NCBI GenBank assembly: GCA_963704725.1
Contig: OY969934.1
Location: 416,001-480,000, forward strand
DNA length: 64,000 nucleotides
Source of the DNA: an uncultured Actinomycetes bacterium
GTDB taxonomy: Bacteria > Actinomycetota > UBA4738 > HRBIN12
Reading direction: 5' to 3'
This document shows, one piece after another, positions 16,211 to 25,166 of this stretch. The notes beneath the pieces are model-generated. The model did not search any database and was not told where the DNA came from. It saw only the letters and a list, made by a program, of their open reading frames with translations. The position numbers and the translations under genes were made by a program. Position 1 is the first letter of the stretch, and each line of letters starts with the position of its first letter.

Positions 16211-17635
16211 GTGGCAAAGACAAGCGCTGAGGCTTCTCCTCATGGCAAGTGGGGCCTAGCCCTGTTCGAGGCAGCCGTGGTTGTGCCGACACTGACTCTG
16301 CTTGCCTTCGGCCTCGCGAGAGACGGAGCCGCCCCTGTCGCCGATGACTGGTTGGATCTTGTGACCTGGGTGGCGATCATCGGTCTGATTGAGCTGATTC
16401 CAGTTCCGTTGTGGCGGGGCACGGCCATCGGCATGGGGTTCCCCCTCTTGATGGTGGTCGCGTTCCTCTACAACCCGGTGGCATCGGCAGCAGCCGCCTT
16501 CCTGGCTGCGTCGGACCCGCGCGAGCTCAGAGGGGAAGTCGGAGTCCTCCGGGCTCTCTTCAACAGGTGCCAAGTAGCTCTTGCGGTGTGGGCGGCGAGC
16601 GCAATATTCCACTCACTCGCCGACGTTCGCACCTCGTCAGCTCTAAGACTCCTGTTCGCAGCAGGTCTAGCTGCTCTTGCCGACTACCTGGTCAACACCC
16701 CGCTCGTAGCACTCGCCGCGAGTATTGCCTATCGGATGCGTCCCCTCCGAGTCATTCGTGAACTCCGGGTCGGACGACTGTCTGAATTCGTAATCAGTTA
16801 CTTGGCGTTAGCGGTCTTTGGCGTGATTCTCGCCAAGGTCTTCAACGTCGAGGGGATCGGTTTCTGGGGTGTGCCCGCGTTCGTGATCCCCTTGCTCTTG
16901 GCGCGACAGATGTTCTTCCGGAGCAAGGCGTTGGAAGAGGCTCATAAGGAGCTCCAAGATCGCGAACACGTTCTTCGAGCTTTGTCGAACCGGATGGCGG
17001 AGGAACGGCAGGATGAGCGGCAGCAGATCGCAGCCTTCCTTCATGACGACTTGGCTCAGCTGCTGTTCCGGCTCTCGATCCAGGTTGATGTGGCCAGGCG
17101 CCACCTAGAGTCCGGGAAGCTCGCGGAGACCGAGCATCAGCTCGCAGAGATCAAGGAAACGAAGAACCGGACGTCCGATCGAATCCGAGCGCTGATCCGT
17201 GACCTGCATCGATCGCCACTCGGTCGAGCAGGGCTGGCCGAAGCGTTGCACAGTTTCATCGCCGAGGCTGGGCGCGACGCCGATGTTCAGTTCCATGTGG
17301 ACTTCGAGGAGGTTGAGCTCCCGCCTCCGATCGCCCTGTTGCTGTACCACATCGCCCGAGAGGGTGTGATGAACGCGCTCAAGCATGCGAGGGCTCGGAA
17401 CATGTGGCTCAGTGTTAGGCAGGACGGCGACGAGGTGGAGTTCGTTCTTCGCGACGACGGGGTGGGGTTCGACGTCTCCGCCCCGGAGCCGGAAGGTCAC
17501 TTCGGGCTGACGATGATGCGAGAGCGAGCAACCGTCGGAAGTGGCACCTTCGCCATGCTTAGCGAGCCGGGCGAAGGCTCCTCGATCATGGTCCGGTTCC
17601 CGACCTCCTGGTTGCAGGAGGGGGGCCAGGTGTGA
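16211..17635 (+). CDS. Membrane-sensor histidine kinase 2 (multi-TM domain + HisKA_3 + HATPase_c), paralog of kinase 1
   Basis: DPRELRGEVGVLRALFNRCQ; ERQQIAAFLHDD, EGVMNALKHA, RDDGVGF, HFGLTMMRERA. Confidence 0.9.
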   Translation: MAKTSAEASPHGKWGLALFEAAVVVPTLTLLAFGLARDGAAPVADDWLDLVTWVAIIGLIELIPVPLWRGTAIGMGFPLLMVVAFLYNPVASAAAAFLAASDPRELRGEVGVLRALFNRCQVALAVWAASAIFHSLADVRTSSALRLLFAAGLAALADYLVNTPLVALAASIAYRMRPLRVIRELRVGRLSEFVISYLALAVFGVILAKVFNVEGIGFWGVPAFVIPLLLARQMFFRSKALEEAHKELQDREHVLRALSNRMAEERQDERQQIAAFLHDDLAQLLFRLSIQVDVARRHLESGKLAETEHQLAEIKETKNRTSDRIRALIRDLHRSPLGRAGLAEALHSFIAEAGRDADVQFHVDFEEVELPPPIALLLYHIAREGVMNALKHARARNMWLSVRQDGDEVEFVLRDDGVGFDVSAPEPEGHFGLTMMRERATVGSGTFAMLSEPGEGSSIMVRFPTSWLQEGGQV

Positions 17636-18254
17636 GGGGGCGGTTGGCAGCACCATCGCCGCTCCCGCGACGGTGTCTCCCGGGGGCCGGCGCCGACGCC
17701 GTCGGGCTCCACGTCGGAGTCCGTTCGCGCATAGCCGCGACGACCACCCAGATGAGCCCGAGGTAGACCAGGATGTCTCCCAGGCTCACGACCTGGGCGA
17801 TCGGCGGTGGGACCGGGATCACGTCGGCGAGGAACGTCAAGTCATCGTCGTCCGTCAGTCGGTGATGCTTGTCGGCCCCTTCGTCGATCAGGATCTGGAT
17901 GACGTCTGACTGCCCGGAGCGCTCGAGTGCGTCCACGCTGACGGGCATGCCGCCGTTCGCGACGATCACGAGCGCGTTGCACGCGAGGCCCAGGCCGACC
18001 AGCGGCATCCCTACTTGCCGCACGTTCACGATCGCGAAGACGAGCAGCAACGCGTAGGAGAGCGCGAGCACGCCCGTTCGGACCAGTACGTCGGTGCCGC
18101 CGTGGCCCTCGGGCAGCGGGAGGAACTGGATGACGAAGCCGGCGATCGCCAAGCCCCACCAGCGCAGGCGTATGCGCCCGAGGTGGGTCAGCCGGCCCCC
18201 GAACAGGTAGCCGAGGGCGACGGCGAGCACGATGACCGAGGCGAAGAGTCGCAT
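17586..18254 (-). CDS. DUF5317-family membrane protein
   Basis: GGRLTHLGRIRLRWW, GLACNALVIVANGGMPVS, KHH, LTFLADVIP, VVSLGDILV; pattern recognised by eye. Confidence 0.8.
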   Translation of the reverse strand: MRLFASVIVLAVALGYLFGGRLTHLGRIRLRWWGLAIAGFVIQFLPLPEGHGGTDVLVRTGVLALSYALLLVFAIVNVRQVGMPLVGLGLACNALVIVANGGMPVSVDALERSGQSDVIQILIDEGADKHHRLTDDDDLTFLADVIPVPPPIAQVVSLGDILVYLGLIWVVVAAMRERTPTWSPTASAPAPGRHRRGSGDGAANRPLTPGPPPATRRSGTGP

Positions 18255-18330
18255 GCGTGTATCGGGATCCAGGAGGCCACCGGATTGTCACGCCCATTGC
18301 TTCACGTGTCCAGCGCACTAGCATCCGCTC

Positions 18331-19995
18331 ATGGCGCGGATGGTCCCCTTCCCGATGCTTCCGACCACGAGCACGGCGGAGCGACGGCTCTACGAGGGCT
18401 TCCTCGAGCAACTCGATGACGCCTACGTCGTGTACCACTCGGTGGACTGGGTGCTCGCGGGCGACGGGCGACCCGAGGAGGGGGAGGCCGACTTCGTCGT
18501 CGCCCATCCTGAGCTCGGCGTCCTCGTGCTCGAGGCAAAGGGCGGTGCCATCGCCTACGACCCCGCGACGCGCATGTGGACGCAGGCAGGACGGTCGGGC
18601 CGCCATCACCTGGACGAGGACCCGTTCCACCAGGCCAAGGCCGAGATGCACTCGCTCGTTCGGATCCTCCAGGCCCGGCCCGGGTGGGAGCGGTGGATGC
18701 CGAGTTATGGGTTCGGCGTCGCGTTCCCCGATGGCCGGTACGAGGACGCGGCCCATCCCGGGGCGCCGGCCGAGGTCGCCATCGATCACGACGATCTGAC
18801 CCGCCTGGCCGAACGGGTCCCCGAGGTGATGCGGCACTGGACCCATGCCGGGCGGCGATTCGGGAGCGAGGGGATGGATGCGCTCGGGATGGCGCTCGGC
18901 TTCCGGGTCGAGATCCGCCTGCCGCTTCGCCTGCGCTTCGACGAGGAGGACAAGAAGATCGTCGAGCTGACGGACGATCAGGCATGGGTGCTGGCGTTCG
19001 TGGCGAACCGGAAGCGAGCCGCCGTCACGGGCCCGGCGGGATCGGGCAAGACGCTGCTGGCGCTGCAGATCGCCAAGCGCCTGGCCGCCCGCGGCGAGCG
19101 CACGCTGCTCACCTGCTTCAACCGGCGGCTCGGCGAGCACCTCGGCGATCTCGCGGACGGGACTCCACACCTCGACGTCATGCACTTCCACCACCTGTGC
19201 GTCGAGGCGGCGAAGGAGGCGGGTCTGTCCCCGCCCACACCCGACGTCGAGCCCGGCTCCGACTACTTCGAGCACGGGCTCCCCGAGCTGCTCGCCGAGG
19301 CCGCGGCCAAGCTCGGGCCCCGGTACGACGCGATCGTGGTCGACGAGGGACAGGACTTCCGCGAGTGGTGGTGGCCGGCCCTGCTGTCGCTCCATCGCGA
19401 TCCCGACGAGGGGATGCTGTACGTCTTCGCCGACGACAACCAGAACCTGTACGGCGGCACGTTGCCGCTCGGCGACGACCTGAAGGTCGGGCCCATCGCC
19501 CATAACCTGCGGAACACGAAGGAGATCGGCGAGTTCGTCTCGGTCTTCTACGAGGGGATCGAGAAGCCGGCGGTCCAGGGGCCGTCAGGGCGGCCCGTCG
19601 AGATCCTCGGGTACGACGACGACGAGGGGCTGCTCCGACTGCTCGCCACGGTGCTCCGCAACCTGATCGAGGAGGAGCACCTGCCGATGGAGGACCTGGC
19701 GGTGCTCACGCCGTCGGGCGCGGAGAAGAGCCGACTGCGAGCTCACGGCGAGGTGGGCGGCTATCGCCTGTCCGAGCGCGTCGAACCCGGGACGGTCCTC
19801 GCGACCAGCATCCACGCCTTCAAGGGGCTCGAGCGGCCCGTCGTGATCCTGGCCGAGCTCGGCGACAAGCACGTGGAGGATCTCGGCCGGTACCTGTACG
19901 TCGGCGCCTCGCGGGCACGGAACCACCTGATCGTGCTCGCCACGGAGCCCGTGGCGCGGGAGCTGCGCCGACTGGCCGATGTGACGGGGCCGTGA
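18331..19995 (+). CDS. NERD nuclease + SF1 helicase-like protein
   Basis: GEADFVVAHPELGVLVLEAKGG (NERD), GPAGSGKT, VVDEGQDF, SIHAFKGLE, YVGASRA. Confidence 0.85.
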   Translation: MARMVPFPMLPTTSTAERRLYEGFLEQLDDAYVVYHSVDWVLAGDGRPEEGEADFVVAHPELGVLVLEAKGGAIAYDPATRMWTQAGRSGRHHLDEDPFHQAKAEMHSLVRILQARPGWERWMPSYGFGVAFPDGRYEDAAHPGAPAEVAIDHDDLTRLAERVPEVMRHWTHAGRRFGSEGMDALGMALGFRVEIRLPLRLRFDEEDKKIVELTDDQAWVLAFVANRKRAAVTGPAGSGKTLLALQIAKRLAARGERTLLTCFNRRLGEHLGDLADGTPHLDVMHFHHLCVEAAKEAGLSPPTPDVEPGSDYFEHGLPELLAEAAAKLGPRYDAIVVDEGQDFREWWWPALLSLHRDPDEGMLYVFADDNQNLYGGTLPLGDDLKVGPIAHNLRNTKEIGEFVSVFYEGIEKPAVQGPSGRPVEILGYDDDEGLLRLLATVLRNLIEEEHLPMEDLAVLTPSGAEKSRLRAHGEVGGYRLSERVEPGTVLATSIHAFKGLERPVVILAELGDKHVEDLGRYLYVGASRARNHLIVLATEPVARELRRLADVTGP

Positions 19996-20879
19996 GCACC
20001 CAACGCGACCTCGGCTACTTCGGCCCGGAGTCCGTTTCGTGGCGAGTGCACCGCGAGGTGACCGTGCTCTTCGGCGGGGCTCGTGCGGTGCTGATGCAGG
20101 CGGCACATCCGCTCGTGATCGCCGGGGCGCGCGAGACCGGGTTCTACGAGCGGAACCCGTGGCGCCGCCTCCAGCGAACGCTCGCGCTGACGTACACGAT
20201 CACGTTCGGCACGACGGCGGAGGCGGACGCCGCGGCGGAGCGCATCAACGACGTGCACGAGCGGATCCACGGGATCGATGCCGTGACCGGGCTGCCGTAC
20301 GACGCGCTGGATCCGGACCTCCTCCTGTACGTGCATGCCTGCCTGATCGAGAGCGCCCTGCTGTTCGAGCGGCTGACGGTCGGCGGGCTCGACGACCGGG
20401 GGCGGCAACGGTTCCACGACGAGCAGCTGCTCGCGGCCGAGATGATGCGCCTGCCGAGGGACCGGGTCCCGGCCACGGTGCCGGCGCTCCGAGCGCACCT
20501 CCGCGAGGTCGAGGCCTCCGGGATCCTGCGGGGCACGGAGTCGGCGCGGCGGGTCGCCGCCCTGTTCCTCGATCCGCCGAGAGAGGCCGAGTGGCGGCCC
20601 GTCCTGACCGGCGTGTCGCGGCTCGCCTTCTGGACGCTTCCTCCCGCGGTCCGAGACCTTTACGGCGTCGAGGTCACCCCGAGGCGCCGCGCGGCGATGC
20701 GAGCCGCGTTCGCCTCGATGCGCAGGATCCGGCCGCTGTTGCCGCCTCGGTACCGGTTCATCGCGCCGTACCAGGAGTGGAGGCTTCGCCGGCGCGGCCG
20801 CGTCGTGCGCACCGGATGGGACGCGACGAGGCGCTCGGTCGGCATCCGCCTCGACCGGGCCAAGAGCCTGCACGGATAG
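19992..20879 (+). CDS. Oxygenase MpaB / DUF2236 family protein
   Basis: FGPESVSWRVH, LMQAAHPLV, INDVHERIHG, YDALDPDLLLYVH. Confidence 0.85.
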   Translation: MSTQRDLGYFGPESVSWRVHREVTVLFGGARAVLMQAAHPLVIAGARETGFYERNPWRRLQRTLALTYTITFGTTAEADAAAERINDVHERIHGIDAVTGLPYDALDPDLLLYVHACLIESALLFERLTVGGLDDRGRQRFHDEQLLAAEMMRLPRDRVPATVPALRAHLREVEASGILRGTESARRVAALFLDPPREAEWRPVLTGVSRLAFWTLPPAVRDLYGVEVTPRRRAAMRAAFASMRRIRPLLPPRYRFIAPYQEWRLRRRGRVVRTGWDATRRSVGIRLDRAKSLHG

Positions 20880-20889
20880 ACTCGAGCCG

Positions 20890-21666
20890 ATGCCCGGCTT
20901 CGACGGCGTCCTCCTCGACATCGACGGCGTCCTGTCCGTCTCCTGGGAGCCGCTGCCGGGCGCGATCGAGACGATCGCGTGGCTCCGGGAGCGGTCGGTG
21001 CCGTTCCGACTCATCACCAACACGACCACACATACGCGCGCTCGGCTTGCGGCCACGCTGTCTGGAGCCGGGATCGCGGTCGACGCTCACGAGGTGGTCA
21101 CGGCCGTGGTCGCGACGGCCGCCTATCTGCGAACGGAGGCGCCGGGCGCTCGGGTGTTCGTGCTGTCCGACGGCGACGCTCGCGCCGACCTCGAGGGGAT
21201 CCAGCTCGTGGACGAGGGCGCCGACGTCGTCGTGCTCGGCGGTGCCTACGAAGGGTTCGACTACCCGACGATGAACCGCGTCTTCCGGGCGCTGATGGAC
21301 GGAGCCCGGCTGGTGGCGATGCATCGCAACCTGTACTGGCGGACCGCGGAGGGGTGGCAGCTCGACGGTGGCGCCTACGTGGCGGGGCTCGAGGAGGCGA
21401 CGGGCCGGCGGGCGATCGTGTGCGGCAAGCCGTCCGAGGCGTACTTCTCCTCGGCGCTCGCCGAGATCGGCGTGCCCGCGGCGCGAGCGGCCATGGTCGG
21501 TGACGACGTGGTCAACGACGTTCTGGCCGCGCAGTCCCTGGGCCTCACCGGGGTGCTCGTGCGGACGGGGAAGTTCCGGCCCGAGGACCTCGAGCGGGCG
21601 GAGGGCACACCGGACGTGATCCTCGATTCCGTCGGCGACCTCCCCGAGCTGCTCGGCTCCGCGTAG
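20890..21666 (+). CDS. HAD-IIA hydrolase (LHPP/NagD-like)
   Basis: DIDGVL, ITNTT, GKPS, MVGDDVVND, VRTGKF. Confidence 0.9.
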   Translation: MPGFDGVLLDIDGVLSVSWEPLPGAIETIAWLRERSVPFRLITNTTTHTRARLAATLSGAGIAVDAHEVVTAVVATAAYLRTEAPGARVFVLSDGDARADLEGIQLVDEGADVVVLGGAYEGFDYPTMNRVFRALMDGARLVAMHRNLYWRTAEGWQLDGGAYVAGLEEATGRRAIVCGKPSEAYFSSALAEIGVPAARAAMVGDDVVNDVLAAQSLGLTGVLVRTGKFRPEDLERAEGTPDVILDSVGDLPELLGSA

Positions 21667-21677
21667 GCTCGGGCGTC

Positions 21678-22406
21678 ATGGATCCCGAACAGACCGGATT
21701 CGCCCGCAGGCTCTTCGCCGGCATCGCCCCCGAGTACGACCGGATGGGCGCCGTGCTCTCGTTCGGCCAGGACCCTCGGTGGCGGCGCTTCCTCGTCTCG
21801 AAGGTGACCGCGATCCCCGGATCCTGGGTGCTCGACGTGGCGAGCGGCACCGCCCTGGTCTCCCGTGAGCTGGGCCGCAAGAACCTCCGCGTCGTCGGCC
21901 TCGATCAGAGCCCCGCGATGCTGCGCCGCGGCGCGGCCGCGGTCCGCGAGGCCGGTCTTGACGATCGCATCCGCTTCGTCCTCGGACAGGCCCAGGCGTT
22001 GCCGTTCGGCGACGAGACCTTCGACGCGCTCACGTTCACGTACCTGCTCCGATACGTCGAGGATCCGGCCGCGACGCTGCGCGAGCTGGCGCGGGTCCTG
22101 CGGCCGGGCGGCGTGATGGCGGCGCTCGAGTTCCACGAGCCCCAGGATCCGTGGCTCCACGCCGGGTGGTACGCCTACACGCGTGGGGTGATGCCGGTCG
22201 TCGGCCTGGCGGCTTCCAACGCGTGGTACCGGACCGGGCGGTTCCTCGGGCCGAACATCACGGAGTTCTACCGGCGCTACCCGCTGCCGGTGCAGGTGCG
22301 GATGTGGCAGGAGGCGGGGATCCGCCGGATCCGGACGAAGCAGCTCTCACTCGGCTCGGCGATCGTGACGTGGGGCGTGAAGGCCAACCCGCTGACCGAT
22401 GGCTGA
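21678..22406 (+). CDS. UbiE/MenG-like class I SAM methyltransferase
   Basis: FAGIAPEYDRM...SFGQDPRWRR, VLDVASGT, YLLRYV, RVLRPGG. Confidence 0.8.
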   Translation: MDPEQTGFARRLFAGIAPEYDRMGAVLSFGQDPRWRRFLVSKVTAIPGSWVLDVASGTALVSRELGRKNLRVVGLDQSPAMLRRGAAAVREAGLDDRIRFVLGQAQALPFGDETFDALTFTYLLRYVEDPAATLRELARVLRPGGVMAALEFHEPQDPWLHAGWYAYTRGVMPVVGLAASNAWYRTGRFLGPNITEFYRRYPLPVQVRMWQEAGIRRIRTKQLSLGSAIVTWGVKANPLTDG

Positions 22407-23139
22407 GGCGCGCGAGGGGGACCGCCCGGCCTTCTACGCGCTCGAGTCCGGCGGGTGGCGCGACTACTGGACGCTGCTCCACCCTCCGTACACGCTCTGG
22501 CACCTGTCGTACGTGGTGATCGGGGCCGCGATCGCGCCGCGGGTCCGCGTGGCATGGCTCGTGGAGACCCTGCTCGCGTTCCTCCTGGCGATGGGCGTCG
22601 CCGCGCACGCGCTCGACGAGCTGCACGGCCGGCCCCTTCGAACGCGGATCCCCGACGCCGTGCTGTGGGCGCTCGCCGCCGCCGGGCTGGCCGGGGCGAT
22701 CGCGCTGGGGATCCACGGCACGATCGAGGTCTCGCCGTGGATCTGGGCGTTCATCGCCGTCGGCGCCGCGCTGGTGGTCGGCTACAACCTCGAGCTCCTG
22801 GGCGGGGTCGTGCACTCCGACCTGTGGTTCGCGCTTGCCTGGGGCGCGTTCCCCGTGCTGACGGCGTACTTCGCCCAGGCCGAGACGCTCCGGGTCGAGG
22901 CGTTCCTGGCCGCCGCCGCGTGCGCGGCCGTCTCCGCGGCCCAGCGCATCCTGTCGACCCCGGTGCGACGGCTCCGGCGGGGCGTTCGGACGGTGGGGGG
23001 CGAGATCGTGTTCGCGGACGGGCGGGTCGAGCCACTGGATGCGGGCTCGCTCCGAGCGGCACCGGAGGGCGCGCTCCGATGGTTCTCGCTGGCGATCCCG
23101 CTCCTCGCGGCGGCGCTCGTGGTGGCGCGTCTCGCCTAA
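22399..23139 (+). CDS. Uncharacterised polytopic membrane protein (UbiA-like)
   Basis: LHPPYT, AHALDELHGRP, YNLEL..HSD, AWGAFPVL; overlaps the methyltransferase stop. Confidence 0.6.
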   Translation: MAEAREGDRPAFYALESGGWRDYWTLLHPPYTLWHLSYVVIGAAIAPRVRVAWLVETLLAFLLAMGVAAHALDELHGRPLRTRIPDAVLWALAAAGLAGAIALGIHGTIEVSPWIWAFIAVGAALVVGYNLELLGGVVHSDLWFALAWGAFPVLTAYFAQAETLRVEAFLAAAACAAVSAAQRILSTPVRRLRRGVRTVGGEIVFADGRVEPLDAGSLRAAPEGALRWFSLAIPLLAAALVVARLA

Positions 23140-25067
23140 CCGGCCGCGGCGACGATGGCCAGCACCTCGTCCGCGTAGCGCTCGAGCTTGGTCGGTCCCA
23201 CGCCCGAGACGGACGCGAGCGCGCTCCGGTCCGGAGGACGCTCGTCGGCAATCGCCGCGAGCGTGGCGTCGTGGAACACGACGTAGGCGGGGACCCCGTC
23301 GACCCTGGCCCGCTCGCGCCGCCAGTCGCGGAGGCGGTCGAACAGCGGACCATGGGCAGGGGCGGTCACGGCGGGGCGATCACGTCGGGCCTCGGCTCTC
23401 GGTGCAGGCGCGGACGAAACGCCGATCTCGGCCAGGAAGGGGCTCGGAGCGGACCGGGGCTCGAGCGGCCACGACAGGTACAGGTGCCGGCGGGCTCGCG
23501 TGATGCCGACGTAGAGCAGCCTCCGTTCCTCGTCCGGGTCCGCCGCCGCTCGGCCGGAGCGGAAGGGCAGCTCCTTGTCGAGCAGCCGGGGGAGGAACAC
23601 GGCGTCGAACTCGAGGCCCTTGGCGCGATGCAGCGTGAGGAGGTTCACGCCGCGACCGGACTGCTCCGTCGAGAACCGGCGGCCGAGCTCCGTCACGAAC
23701 GCCGCGAGGTCGCCGTCCGGATGGGTGACCGCGAACTCCGACGCCAGGGCCCGGAGCCGCGCCAGGTCGGCCTGCCGGGTCACCTCCTCCGCGTCGTCGG
23801 GCTCGGTGAGCGGGTCGAAGCCGACGGCCTCGGTCGCCGCCTCGACCGCCGACACCGGCTCGGATCCGGCTGCCCGGCGGAGCCGCGCGAGCACCGACCG
23901 GGGGCCCGGGCGCCGGAGGAACGCGCCGTCGCGCACCTGGTACGCGATGCCCGCCGCGGCGAACGCCTCCTCGAACGGCTCCGACCGGGCGTTGATCCGG
24001 TAGAGCACCGCCATCTCGTCGAACTCCACGCCGACCTCGCGGAGTCGGCGGACCTCCTCCAGCACGAACGCGATCTCGGACGCGGCGTCGGGGAGGGCGC
24101 GGGCGGTCGGGCTGGGGCCGTCGCCGATCGTGGCCCGGAGCGTCTTTCGGAACCCGCCGAGGTGCGCGCCGAGCGCGTTGGCCACGGTGAGCACCTGCGG
24201 GGTCGACCGGTAGCTCTCCTCGAGGCGGAGGATCGTCGCGTTCGGGTACCGCTCCGGGAACGTCAGCAGGTACTCGGGCGACGCGCCGGTGAAGGTGTAG
24301 ATCGTCTGGTGGTCGTCGCCCACGACGCACAGCTCGTCCCGGCCGCCGAGCCAGCGTTCGAGCAACGCCTGCTGCAGCGGGTTCACGTCCTGGTACTCGT
24401 CCACGGTGAAGGCTCGGAAGCGCTCGCGCACGCGCTCGGCGGCCGCGGGATGCTCGTCGAACAGGCGCACGGCCAGGCCGAGCATGTCCTCGAAGTCGAT
24501 CCGGTCGGTCCGGCGCTTGCGTCGCTCGTAACCCTCGTAGACGCGGTGCATCAGCTCAGCGGGTATTGGTGGCTCGTGGCCGCTCCGCCCGATCTCGGCC
24601 AGGTACCGCTCCGGCGGCACCATCCGGTTCTTGGCCCACTCGATCTCGCCCGCGAGCTCTCCGCGCGGGAGGTAGCGGTGCGGAGGGGGCAGGGCATTGG
24701 CCAGGGACGCGATCAACGGGCCCTTCGCGCCCAGGACCTCGGGGATCGGCTCACCCGTCAGCTCGGGCCCGAGCCGGGAGAGCTGGGACAGGCCCGCCGA
24801 GTGGAACGTGCGCGCCTCGACGTCCTCGACACCCAAGCGGGCCAGCCGGTCCTTCAGCTCCCGCGCGGCCTTCTCCGTGAACGTGACGGCCAGGATCTGC
24901 CGCGCGGCGAACGTCCCGGTCGCCACCTGCGCCGCGATCCGGTGGGTGATCGTGGTGGTCTTGCCGGTCCCAGCCCCGGCCAGGATCGCCACCGGCCCCC
25001 GCATGGACTCCGCGGCCTCGCGCTGCGCGCGGTTCAGCCCCGCGAGGATCTCCTCCAGCCTCGGCAC
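23136..25067 (-). CDS. uvrD2: ATP-dependent DNA helicase UvrD2 with C-terminal HRDC domain
   Basis: LNRAQ, AGAGTGKT, VDEYQD, VGDDHQTIY, TLHRAKGLE, EERRLLYVGITRA, HRDC (VPAYVVFHDATL...GVGPTKLERY). Start GTG 25067. Confidence 0.9.
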   Translation of the reverse strand: MPRLEEILAGLNRAQREAAESMRGPVAILAGAGTGKTTTITHRIAAQVATGTFAARQILAVTFTEKAARELKDRLARLGVEDVEARTFHSAGLSQLSRLGPELTGEPIPEVLGAKGPLIASLANALPPPHRYLPRGELAGEIEWAKNRMVPPERYLAEIGRSGHEPPIPAELMHRVYEGYERRKRRTDRIDFEDMLGLAVRLFDEHPAAAERVRERFRAFTVDEYQDVNPLQQALLERWLGGRDELCVVGDDHQTIYTFTGASPEYLLTFPERYPNATILRLEESYRSTPQVLTVANALGAHLGGFRKTLRATIGDGPSPTARALPDAASEIAFVLEEVRRLREVGVEFDEMAVLYRINARSEPFEEAFAAAGIAYQVRDGAFLRRPGPRSVLARLRRAAGSEPVSAVEAATEAVGFDPLTEPDDAEEVTRQADLARLRALASEFAVTHPDGDLAAFVTELGRRFSTEQSGRGVNLLTLHRAKGLEFDAVFLPRLLDKELPFRSGRAAADPDEERRLLYVGITRARRHLYLSWPLEPRSAPSPFLAEIGVSSAPAPRAEARRDRPAVTAPAHGPLFDRLRDWRRERARVDGVPAYVVFHDATLAAIADERPPDRSALASVSGVGPTKLERYADEVLAIVAAAG

Positions 25068-25166
25068 CGCCCGAACCCTACCCGCTCGCTCCGACACCAT
25101 CGATCCTCGCGGCATCGCGGGAGGCCGGCCCCGCCGGATCCGCGAACCCTCGGTAAGGTGGTCGGG

